A stretch of DNA of 59,274 nucleotides, filler included, from Sphacelaria rigidula (taxonomy: Eukaryota), in the NCBI GenBank assembly GCA_964200075.2. It is 9 parts of 9 records of this genome, joined end to end, with 100 filler letters (N's around TTAATTAATTAA, not from the genome) between each part and the next. Parts side by side here need not be neighbours in the genome. Positions count along the whole stretch, not along the records: positions 1 to 6,498 come from CAXNAA020019722.1; positions 6,599 to 13,095 come from CAXNAA020019723.1; 7 more parts are not named here. One strand, given 5' to 3'. The notes beneath the pieces are model-generated. The model made no database searches. It was given only the letters and a program-made list of their open reading frames with translations, and was not told the DNA's origin. Positions 1 to 9,947 of this stretch are shown piece by piece (within the stretch, counting starts at the first letter, position 1; every line of letters starts with the position of its first letter). The position numbers and the translations under genes are program-made.

Positions 1-330
1 AATCGCCACTTCCAGAGACAGCCACGGCTTATACACTGCCTCCTGGCTGTCTCACCATGAACCCACTACGTAGTACGATCATCGCCATTGTGCGGAGTTG
101 AGGCTCTCCGACGCCGCACAACATGATCTAGCTCGATTACCATCATGGTTACCGTGGGAAAAAACGCAAGCGCGCAAAACAAAACGGTAACCTGGTTGCC
201 TCGCTTACGCAGTGAGTGGCGTGTTTTACAGCGTCATCGCCAACCGAGGCCAACCCCATCGAGGATCCGCCCCTACAAAGCCGGGACGGAGCACGCTGGG
301 TTCTCGCCGGACCAGGCTCGCACTCAAATC
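1..330 (-). repeat. Interspersed repeat family A (SINE-like), modules M2 (1-260) and M1 (270-330)
   Basis: 1-260 matches 22948-23200 and 8620-8660. 271-330 (CCCTACAAAGCCGGGACGGAGCACGC...GCCGGACCAGGC) matches 8168-8225 and 22714-22770. Confidence 0.8.
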
Positions 331-1054
331 GTCGTCATCATGCTTTCGCACCCTGCCCTCACGAGGGTCTCTTGGTATGACAGAACGTGGCCTGTGCGAT
401 TGCGCTTGTGCTATCCAAGACAGCGCCTGAGAAACGCATGGTGGGCCGTGCGTGGTAGGTTGTAGAGGCCGTTGAGAGGGGTCCATGTGACGCACCCGTA
501 CAGGAGCGCTTCGACAGCCTCGGCTTTGATCATGCGGATCTTGAGGTGGACGGCCGCGTTCGGTCGATTGAACAGTTGGACTTTGTACTGGTGGTAGCTC
601 GACCATGCCCCTTGTACGCGCTTTTTGATTTCCACCGAAAGGTCGCCGCTCTCCGTAATTGACCTCCCCAGGTATACAAAGTTGTCTGTTCGCATACCTG
701 GCCAGCCGCGTCGATGTCGAGGTGCCCCGCCTGTCAGTGTAGTCACATGGTCTTCGTCTTTGCTTCCGACACGGTCAACCTGAACTCTCCGCAGATCGTC
801 ACAATCACCGTCATCATCTTCTCGAGGCTCGATGATGTCCGCGAGACGATGCAGGCGTCATCGGCGTACAGCATACTCCGTAAGGGCCGTTCCTCTTCCG
901 CCGCGGTTGCTGTTGCCACGTCTGGCTCGACCCATGCTACCGCACATTCCTGTTGGAAATCTCCCTTTTCGCGCTTTCGGACTCGCACCAGATCCTCTGA
1001 GATGTCAGGGTCATCGCGGAAGGTTGCTAGGGCCACCGTCAGTACTGCCGATGA
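331..1054 (-). pseudogene. Non-LTR retrotransposon (RTE-like LINE) reverse transcriptase, C-terminal fragment, frameshifted
   Basis: Minus ORFs give MLYADDACIV...LTVSEAKTKTM (YADD motif), then NFVYLG...EIKKRVQGAW...EALLYGCVTW, and continue past a stop as HVLSYQETLVRAGCES. Confidence 0.9.
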
Positions 1055-1130
1055 TGTAACGGGGCTACCTCGCGAGTACGCGATTTTCGTCCCTGTATCA
1101 CCATATCTACACTATGTCTAGCCATCAACA
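1055..1130 (-). repeat. Candidate short 3' LTR of the Gypsy relic
   Basis: On minus it reads TGTTG...TTACA. It is immediately preceded by purine tract GGAGGATGAGAAAAG (1131-1145) and followed by the LINE RT frame. No second copy was found. Confidence 0.5.
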
Positions 1131-4100
1131 CTTTTCTCATCCTCCAGAGCCCGTATACTGTTCGCGTTGCAGCTTGTGGTCTCTACCATCACGAAACGTT
1201 GAACTCCCGCTCTGCTCTGTCATCACCAGATCCCTTTCCTTGATTGACACACCTGCTGACGCCCGCGAGATAGTGGCATTACCGTTAGCCCGAACGACGT
1301 ATTTCACTGTTTGTCTTTTTCCCAGCGTCAGCCTCATCTTTCGGAGGTTCACTCCCGGAAATATGTACTTCCTTTGCGATTATGACGTCGGGTCAGATGG
1401 CAGCATGTCGGTTTCTGGTTCGTTCTATGGGTCTACCGAACGCCCCGGCATTATCGCTGTTCGACAACACCTAGTCCTCTTGCGTCCCCCCAACTGCATG
1501 ACAGCACGTATTTTCCTGGTGTCTTTCAACATCGTTGGCCAGTGAAAACGGCAGCGCATCGAGGCCAACGTGGTGCCTACTCCTACATGCCCGTGGAAAG
1601 TATGAACAGACGCCAACAGGTAGGGTAGTGCCGTTCTTAGAATAGGTACCAACTGCTTGCCCTCCACTCCTGTGAATCGCATTTCTATTTGCCCCTCTAT
1701 ATTTTAGTTTGGCCTCATTTCTTTGACTTTTGCTGCGCCGTTCCCCCCCCCAAATCCGTTCACACCTGGTCCAAAAAGAGGTTGTCCTGTTGGTAGCTCT
1801 TCAGGTTGGCTGTGTCGGTTAGTATCTGCAAGGCGCGATCGATCACCGCTGTGTTCGTCAGGCGGAGATTCGAGGATAAACTTGGGATTTTCTCCCTGGG
1901 CATGGCACCTCGCCCACCTCCGCGCACTCGCCCACAGCCGGCGGAATGACATGTGATAGTGGCTGCAACGGAACCTCAATTGACGATGGTATTAGGAACG
2001 GTCGCGGGTCCGATATTTGCCGAGCGAGAGGAAATGTATCAGGACGCGCAGCATTGAGTGCTTGCAGCCGTACAGGCGGTCTGCAGGTTCAAATCGAGCA
2101 GTATATGGGTTGATTGTCGTAGATCTATGCACAGTCTGCGAATGGGAGTGACTTCGAAGTGGCGGGGATGGCCAGCATGTCGGAGATAGGTGGCGATGTT
2201 GTTGAGCTGCTGGTGTCTGAGTCTCTATCTGTACCGTCTGCCGACTTATATGGAGGCCATCTCCCATCTAGTTGCGGCCCCCGAGCACGAAAGAGGTCCG
2301 ACAGTGCTACCGTCTGGGAGTGAGTCATCGATATCGGCTTGTTGTTCACTCGTGTGCGGGAGACGGGACCGGACGTTCGGCAAGACATGCTGGGCTCCCT
2401 CTCGCCACTGGAGTTCCATGTCGTACTCCATGAATCTGAGAGCCCCCCGTAATGCGACCTTGAACCCGATTGAGATCCGTAGGAAGCAGTCCGCCGTCGA
2501 TGACAGTGGTGCTACGGTAGGGGTGCACGAATACATTCTGAGCTTAGAATTGTTAGGAGCCCTCTATCCGATCCGGACAACGACTCATGAGATATGTGAG
2601 ACCATGGCACAACCAGTATTCCGTTGGGCTAGGGATATATCGATTCAATTCAGAAGCGGGAATATCTTGACCCAAATTCTTGTGTAGCTCCTAACCTGAG
2701 GAGACCTTGGGTGGGAAAAATCTGGGCCCAAATGGGCAACCCCTGCCGTAGCATGACTCATAAATCCCGGCAGAACATCGACGAGCTCCTGTTTCTTTGC
2801 CGCTCCTAGCCTTTCCCTATTTGCATCGGGACTGCGGACCTTGGGTAGTGGTGGGGTTGTGCAGACGCTATCGGGGCGTGCGCCAGGGGGTGGGGGTCGA
2901 GACACCATGCGGGATCCACCGTGGATGGACTTGGGACGAAAAGCGATTGAAAACGAGCGGGATCACTCACATTCAGAGCTGTCGTACCAGCGGTTGAACC
3001 GTTTGTCTCTACTTCCACCAGCACTATTCCCCTCCACAATAATACACAGTACACTGCCATCCTTAGAAGCCACCTCGACACGCCTGTAGTCTTCCTACTA
3101 CTGTTTCCCCGTCTAAATCTATCTTCACCCCGGGAAGTGCACTAGGTATCTGTCTTGCGGTGGTAGTCCGATGGCAGCAGCTTCTACGGCGTTGCTGACG
3201 AAATCACTGATGGTGACTGCTGGGTAAATCAAGCGAAGTTCCCACTCCATGATGCTGCCATCCTCCCAAGCAATATCGTGATGGCTGGGAGAGGGTCCTG
3301 TGTGATTAGGGGTGAGGACACGGCTGGACGGGCAAAGAACTCAAACGCCGTGGTCAGCACAAATAGAATATCTCGTTTGAGTGAAGGGGGCTGTCGTTTC
3401 TCAGAAACGGGATCCAAGGGGCCAATGATGTTGGGCGGAACCCCTTGCGTAGGCCGAAGTCTAAACTACCTGTTTTCACCGGAAGGCACCCTTCGCCAAG
3501 AATAAAGCCATACGGCAGGTCCTTCACTACTCTAAGGACTGTGTTACGGACAAGTACATTGGAGTTCGAAGGGGCAGGCATCGCTACTGACCCTACTATT
3601 CGCATTGGGGGTACAATGCTTTGAGATGTGTTTACTGCTCAGAGAGGGCACGTAGCGCTTGAGTTGAGAGTAACGTCTAACATGCTTGCATTTTTGAGGC
3701 TATATCGTAGCATGTCAGACATATAGCTAGTGTCACCTTCTGCGATGTCTAGTAGTAACTCTATCGCCCACGGTTGACGATGACGTCGCCAATGTCGGAT
3801 CTCACCCATCACCCAAATACGGTTGCTTACGTGATGCCACTCGGTTGGTGCCGGAGGTGACTGTCGCAGGTTCACCAGGTCGGTTGTACCTGGGACGCGC
3901 CTTCATACGCCGGGTGGGATATCGGCAATGTCGGCCGTCATTACTGACGATGCGGTCAGCTCGCCGGCTGTCTTGTCGTTATTGTCCTCTTCGATCAGCC
4001 CGTGTTTAGTGCCGCTAAACATTAAGCTCCCGCAAGTGCTGCAAGCCGCCACTGTGCGATGGCGGCTTTGCACCAAGCCGGCGCTACTGTAGTGAGTCGT

Positions 4101-5075
4101 GGGGATGATCCCGTATCTTCATGGAGAATGGGTGTTGCCGTCGTGACTGCATGAGCCTGTAAACGCGTGGCCGAAGCAGATGTTGCGTTCGCGCAAGAGC
4201 TTGGTGACCGCCTCCCGTCCGGCCGTAGGTAGAGGTATGGACGGATCGGCTCATAAAGCTGGCCCGGCCACCGGTGCGGCTACGGTTGCACCCGTTGGTG
4301 TAGATGTGGCGTGCGCACCCACGGCGGAGTTCGTGACAACGCACCCCGGCGCTGGTTCATGGTGCACGGGCCGGTTAGATGTAGGCCCTTGTTTCACGAA
4401 CGTCGGGTGTAGTAGTGAGGTGATTGGTGAACGCTGCGATAAAAGATGCTGCAGAGCGGTGGTCAACATGTCTAATGGGGTGGTTGAGATCACCAGGAGC
4501 TACCGGGGTGGGAAGTGCTTCAGGGGATGAGTAGGGCATCGTATTTCCTTGTTCCAGCAGGGCTACGAGTCACGTAGGCGACTATCCCTGTGTTTACATG
4601 CAATGAGTAAGATCTCCAGAAAACAAGGGTATCGGAGTGACGTACGAGACCTGACAATCAAGCATGTCCGAATGTGGGACGGTACAGCAGTCAAATCACC
4701 AGGACGCTCCTTGACTTTATCACTCAACTTCTTCTCTCCAACTATTATCCCCCGAGTTATAGCATTACTTGAGTGCTTTCCAAAAACGGCATGGAGAATC
4801 TACTCTGTGCCTGAGCCAACGAATAGCGACAGCAAGTGTCAGACACCTGTGACAGAAAGTGCTATGTCGGGTGTTCGATGTTTGACTCCCAAATCGGTGA
4901 ACATTTCCAAGACCCGGAGAAATAATTCCGGATATAATGCCCACGTATTTACACTGAAGATATTCGAATCTTTGAGTGGGAGTAGCCGGTAACGGACAAG
5001 TAGGTCATGACCATGATCGTAAGTGTTGTTGTACTTCACGCTTTGGGCTTTGCCCTCATCGAGGTCAGTCATCAA
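1131..5075 (-). mobile_element. Degenerate Ty3/Gypsy LTR retrotransposon (gag/protease/RNase H/integrase remnants)
   Basis: Integrase Zn-finger VHTFHGHVGVGTTLASMRCRFHWPTMLKD (1425-1682). RNase H end RFMEYDMELQWREGAQHVLPNVRSRLP (2246-2536). Protease-like VVKDLPYGFILG (3354-3605). Domain order PR-RH-INT is Gypsy-type; many stops and deletions; no RT core recognised. Confidence 0.8.
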
Positions 5076-5179
5076 CTCATTCTCACATCAAGCCTCCTGA
5101 GCTTCTGGTTTCTACTCCACATGTCCAAGGTGGAGTCAGGTTTAGTCTACAGTGTAATGGGTACAAGTATGTCACAGTA

Positions 5180-5729
5180 CAGTAGTGGGCGGTCTAACTA
5201 TTCATTTTGAGGCATTTTGTGATTTCTTCGTAGTTGGCAGTTTTCTTGGGCTCTTTCCGCTTGCCATCGCTTATTACACCGGGGATCCAAAGAAATTTGT
5301 ATCCGCTCGACATTCCAAGAAAAAAGAAACAGATGCACTCAATATTGAGTTACTTACGAGCTGACCAGTCATCGGGGGTCCTGCCAGGATTCAGCCCAAA
5401 TTCGTACTCTTCGGTATTTTTGGTCGATCGAGCCTGTCCCGATCATGTTTCTGAAAAAATGTGGAGGTTTATTTTTTTGAAATGCTGCCTACTCATCGCA
5501 TTAGAGCCGAAAAACTTTGTTTCACGGTCAAAAACACCCTCCTGATGAACGGAGTATTTTCTCGTTTCGCCCGATAACACCAAGTAGCACTGACTTGGGC
5601 ACTGTGTTTCGAGAATGATCTGTTCATTGTATCAAAATCTACCAATGCTAGCAATTTCGAGTCCTCTCGAAGAGTAGTACGCGAGGAAAGCCCCAAAACC
5701 CCGCTGGATAGTTAGACCGCCCACTACTG
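5180..5729. mobile_element. Tc1/mariner-type MITE (550 bp)
   Basis: Perfect 22-bp TIR CAGTAGTGGGCGGTCTAACTAT, with TA on both sides (5178-5179, 5730-5731). Confidence 0.9.
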
Positions 5730-5876
5730 TAGTACGGTGTTTGATGACATGGACTTGCGTGAGCAATGTCCAATGAATATATGACACATACCTATTCACA
5801 TATCTCTTGTGCTTTGTTGTAAGTCACAGTCGGCGCTGTGTGCTTGCTAACACCTTCCCTTTTGTGGTTGGTGTTG

Positions 5877-6447
5877 TGTGATATAGATGGAGGTAGAAAC
5901 AAGGTCCACACCTTCCTAGCTATGATCAGTGTGCTGCAAGCTTGAGTAGGTGCGCAAACGCACCAGGTGTCCGAGTAAAGCAAGCTGCAAATGCACACGT
6001 GCAGATTCACGTGACTGCTGGTCACAGTAGCAATAAACAAAAGGAGCTCAAAGGCTTGATATCTTTTTAACTCTCACTGATTATCCCCTTGATCGCCCAG
6101 CACACTGTTCTCACCAACGGTAAACAGTAGGAGCAGATGGTCCGGCTCGAAGGGTAGCTTAACAGTGAGCGAGGATGCATGGGTACATGCGACGCAACCT
6201 ACCTGAATTCGGCCCGAGAAGGCGTTTGCCTCCTCGGGGCCAGAGCATGTCAGCCTGCACACTAAACTTCCCCAGCTAGGATATACCAGCCTGTGCATCA
6301 ATCTTCCCTAGAACGCAGCCTGTACATCAACCTTCCCCAGAACTTTGGAAGCATTCCCATGGCTGGATCGAGTGATCTGTGAGCCAACCTGCCCCAAAAC
6401 TGTCTGAAGGAACAAATAACGCCTCTCTATCTTCCTTCCTCATGACA
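5877..6447 (-). mobile_element. 3' LTR of an LTR retrotransposon (same family as 28516-29051)
   Basis: TGTCATGAGG...TCTATATCACA on minus, near-identical to 28516-29051 apart from an indel of about 35 bp. G-rich PPT-like GGGTGGGTGAG lies directly upstream (6448-6458). Confidence 0.85.
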
Positions 6448-6498
6448 CTCACCCACCCAGACGAACCTCTATTTGAGTTGCGATGAAATCTCAGGAGC

Positions 6499-6598
6499 NN
6501 NNNNNNNNNNNNNNNNNNNNNNNNNNNNNNNNNNNNNNNNNNTTAATTAATTAANNNNNNNNNNNNNNNNNNNNNNNNNNNNNNNNNNNNNNNNNNNN
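6499..6598. other. Artificial contig linker
   Basis: N44-TTAATTAATTAA-N44, giving stops in all six frames. Confidence 0.98.
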
Positions 6599-6678
6599 CC
6601 CCCCAGCAGCGCATTCAACCCACGACTACGACAGCAGCATTTCAAGACGCACGCCTGCACACGCAGGATCAAGCCCAG

Positions 6679-8096
6679 ATGGTACAGTCTGGCATATTAA
6701 GGGTACGTTCAAATAACAGTATTGCGGCGTGGGATGGTACGGCAAAGAGTGGTGAGGAAGTAAGGGAGAAGTTCGTGGTTTTCAAGCTGAAAATAACAGC
6801 GTATCTTAGACAGGAGCTCTGCGAAGAGGCTCTTTACACAACTTCCCCAATTATGATACATTTTGATTCTGAGCGGGATTTGATCGAGAGGTTCGGGGGC
6901 GAGTTGGTAGGGAAGGCCAGTAAAGCATGAAGTATACTAGTCGAAACAATTGCCTACGCTCCGCTTGTTCAACAACTTGTAAGACTGGGAAACCCCAGCG
7001 AGGGGTGGAGGTACATTGTAGGCTACCACACCGTTTCTCCAACCACCGAGAAGGCACAGTTGGATCATCAATGGCAGACCAACGATATGAACTTGGGAGA
7101 GGACCCCCGCATGTTTCTCGATAGAGCGAAATTGATAAGGTACAATCGTGCAAGGCTTGGAGTCGTGATATCAGATGCAGACGCCAACCGGCACTACATA
7201 CGCCGCTTGTCAAGTGACTTCGTAATCGCCCGTGGTGTATTGCTTGCTATCGATGAAGTAACATCAGACACCCTGGAGCGCATGGTGATGACGGCGCATG
7301 AAGAGATGGAACTGGCCAGGAGCAGGGCAGGCAGGAATCAGGATGCGATTCAGGGCCACGCGCTCGTCGCTGCCACTGGGGTTGGTAGAGGTGGGGGCGT
7401 GCTGCAAAACGGACGACAACATGGCGGTGAGAGACGTCGGCAGCAGAGTGATGTTTTTTGTCATTTCCACAATACGACCCATCACGACGACTCCGAATGC
7501 AACGCACAACGATACATGCACGCACAAGGAAATCGCGGTGATCGAGGTGCGTGGAGTGGTGTTCGCCAGCGGCAATACCATAGTGCGGACAGTTTGGAGG
7601 CCGTGGGGGTAGCGGACGCGGTTGAATACACACCCAATCACCCCAGCTCACTCAGCAAGAACAACAGCAGCAACAACGCCAGCAACACCACCAGTAGCAG
7701 CAGTAAGCGAGACGTGGAGGACGGGGCGCAGGGCGTGGATTATTTGGTCACAGGTACGGTGCTTCGGGGCGCGGCGGCGGGAATGCCCACCCAGGCAGCC
7801 AGTTACCGTCTTATGACCCGCCGCAAGGTGGGTATGAATACTCAGGTTATCCTGATGGTTTATACACGCCCCGTAGGCAACAAACCCCCAATTCACCACG
7901 CCGACCCCCGTAAACGATTCATCACATGCGACGAACTGGGGCACATGCAAAATTTTTCCCATGGCGTAGAGTAATGGGGCCGCAAGTCGATCCGGGGGTA
8001 CGTCATGTGAATCCTACCCAGAACCAACCTCGTCACGGAGGACACAAGCCCCCCTCTGGACCCATTCCTACGGATCAGTCAACACCGTGCAACTTA
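6679..8096 (+). pseudogene. Ty1/Copia gag (premature stop at 6928-6930)
   Basis: ORFs 6679-6930 and 7060-7974 are in the same frame. Copia gag-like MNLGEDPRMFLDR; knuckle-like FCHFHNTTHHDDSEC and FITCDELGHMQNF. Confidence 0.8.
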
Positions 8097-8106
8097 ACGG
8101 CGACCA

Positions 8107-8675
8107 GGGGGGGGGGGGTGTACTCATGATCATGCATGCCATGGTCATGAGACTATTGACCTCGCATCCCTACAAAGCCGGGGCAGAGCACGCCGGGTTT
8201 CGCCGGACCAGGCTCCCACTCAATCACCGAGCGCAAAGCGCCGTGGTGTGTTCGGCGGGTTGCATGAAGGGTGAGTCGCATGACACTTTCTACGATAGCC
8301 CCCCTCCGAAACCAGCCCAAAAGTGTCGCGAAAAATATGGACATACAGCGCCTGATGTTGGGGTTGAGGCTGCATGAAGCGTATCATATGGGCGACATTG
8401 GCGAGGACGAACCCAAGCGTGAAAATTCCCGGCCGCTCGTTGTGCTAGGCTTTTCCCATTTTGATTCATGTGAAGATGTTGCCTGCCCAAACCATGCATT
8501 GTTTTGGGGGGGGGCTATCGTAGAAAGTGTCGCATCCTGCTAAGATTATTCGACACGAAGCCTACTGACTATCTCGCATTTGGATGACAGCCTACAATGA
8601 GTTGCTTTGTTTTCTGGTATCGCCATTTCCAGAGACAGCCATGGCTTATACACTGCCTCATGGGTGCCCCACCAT
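8107..8675 (-). mobile_element. Family A retroposon inserted in the Copia element; poly(C) 3' end
   Basis: Flanked by ACGGCGACCA (8097-8106) and ACGGTGACCA (8676-8685), with a 12-G run at 8107-8118. Homologous to 22667-23200 and 1-330. Confidence 0.7.
8282..8531. mobile_element. MITE with GAC termini and 4-bp TSD (GCAT)
   Basis: TIR GACACTTTCTACGATAGCCCCCC; GCAT at 8278-8281 and 8532-8535. The empty site is visible in the homologous repeat near 22801-22826. Confidence 0.9.
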
Positions 8676-9399
8676 ACGGTGACCAAAGGGGGTACGAAGA
8701 GAGCAGTCATGTCGAACAACAGTGGAACGGAATGAATGAAGACTGGTGGGTGTTGGAAGATAGCAGCGACTTCAGCGGTGCAGGTTACGCGCACTGCATC
8801 CATTTTCCTCTCAACCCCCCGCATTCCTCCGCAGCTGCCACCGACAACCAGATCCAGTCATCACCGCAGCAAGGTGAACTTCAACTGCAACACCCTTACC
8901 AACTACACCAGCAGCAACAACCTTATCATGCCCAACCTGATTCCAATCTGCCTTCCTCCGGTTCGGCTTCATCCTCTGTGCCGCTTCACGTGTGCATGGC
9001 ACACACTGTGTCCCAAGACGAGTCACGGTTTGAGTTGGGTGATTTTACTTTGGGGGTTGCTTTGCTTAACCAGAGTGGGTCCGGGTTTGATGTGGATAAT
9101 GGTACAGAGGAGTTGATAGCTGATAATGGTGCTTCACACCATACCACTGGTTCAATGGTTGGTATGTTTGATTTACGCCCCCCCCCCCGAGAGGAAATGA
9201 ACACGTGATCGTGGGCAACGGAACACTTCTCCCTGTCAGAGCAGTAGGGAGTTTCAAGCTCACATTTCACATCAGAGATTCCACCGCCCCGAAATCCGTC
9301 GGTGCGTCATCAGAACTTTGCGTGCATCTGACTGATGTTTACGTTCTTGAAGGTATACATTTCAACCGCTTTTCTCTGCACCAAGTGCAGAAGAAGTAG
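8676..9399 (+). pseudogene. Copia gag-pol linker and aspartic protease
   Basis: LIADNGASHHTTG (Copia protease DxGA..H), then frameshifted VGNGTLLPVRAVG...LTDVYVLEGIHFNRFSL. Confidence 0.85.
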
Positions 9400-9429
9400 G
9401 ATGTACTTTTGACTGAAACAGGAGGGGGG

Positions 9430-9685
9430 AAAGATTATCCCCATCGCTGTTGGTGCGAAGCTTGAAGAGTTCCGTGTAGAAGAGCAGGCAACGGAATTCC
9501 GCTTCGGGAGTTGCTAAGGTCGCTGATGTGGCTGGCAACCCAAACCAGGCCAGACATATCTAACGCAGTACGTGCAGTAGCGAGGTACTGTGCCTCACCA
9601 AAGCACCTTCATTGGCGTGATGCACTTGGTGTTTTGGGATATGTTCGGCGAACAAGTTCGCTGGGGATGTAATTTTGCAGAGGAA
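9430..9685 (+). pseudogene. Copia reverse transcriptase C-terminal fragment
   Basis: Manual translation RELLRSLMWLATQTRPDISNAVRAVARYCASPKHLHWRDALGVLGYVRRT matches the Copia RT TRPDI...HW motif. Confidence 0.85.
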
Positions 9686-9787
9686 GTATACAGTATTCCG
9701 TGGCCCGTGGCGAAGGATAGATAGTTTTATCTTTTGTATTATTGGAGAGTGCCTAGACTGAGCCGACCCTATGACTGAGGAATCAGA

Positions 9788-9947
9788 TGTTGAGAGTGAG
9801 CGCTCATGGCAGCTCGGTAGCTGCCATGAGCGGGATACCGTAGTCACACACACTCGACTACCAGTACCCGCACGTCCGCATCATTCTATCCGCACGCGTG
9901 CATGTTCACTCAGTGTACCTGTTCACATGAACAGACGATACTCAACT
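9788..9947 (+). repeat. Candidate Copia 3' LTR with internal 14-bp hairpin
   Basis: TGTTGAG...CTCAAC(T) terminal inverted repeat; perfect stem CGCTCATGGCAGCT/AGCTGCCATGAGCG at 9801-9832. Confidence 0.5.

Noticed and set aside
271..330. 7SL/Alu-domain origin of module M1 (GCGTGC...GTCCCRGCT)
   Set aside because: The similarity is too short and gapped to distinguish from chance.
5877..6447. This LTR as the 5' LTR of the Gypsy relic at 1131-5075
   Set aside because: It has a PPT-like tract upstream, no TGG PBS downstream, and no similarity to the candidate LTR at 1055-1130.
6543..6554. TTAATTAATTAA as a periodic biological motif
   Set aside because: It is always centred in N-runs and is an artificial six-frame stop linker.
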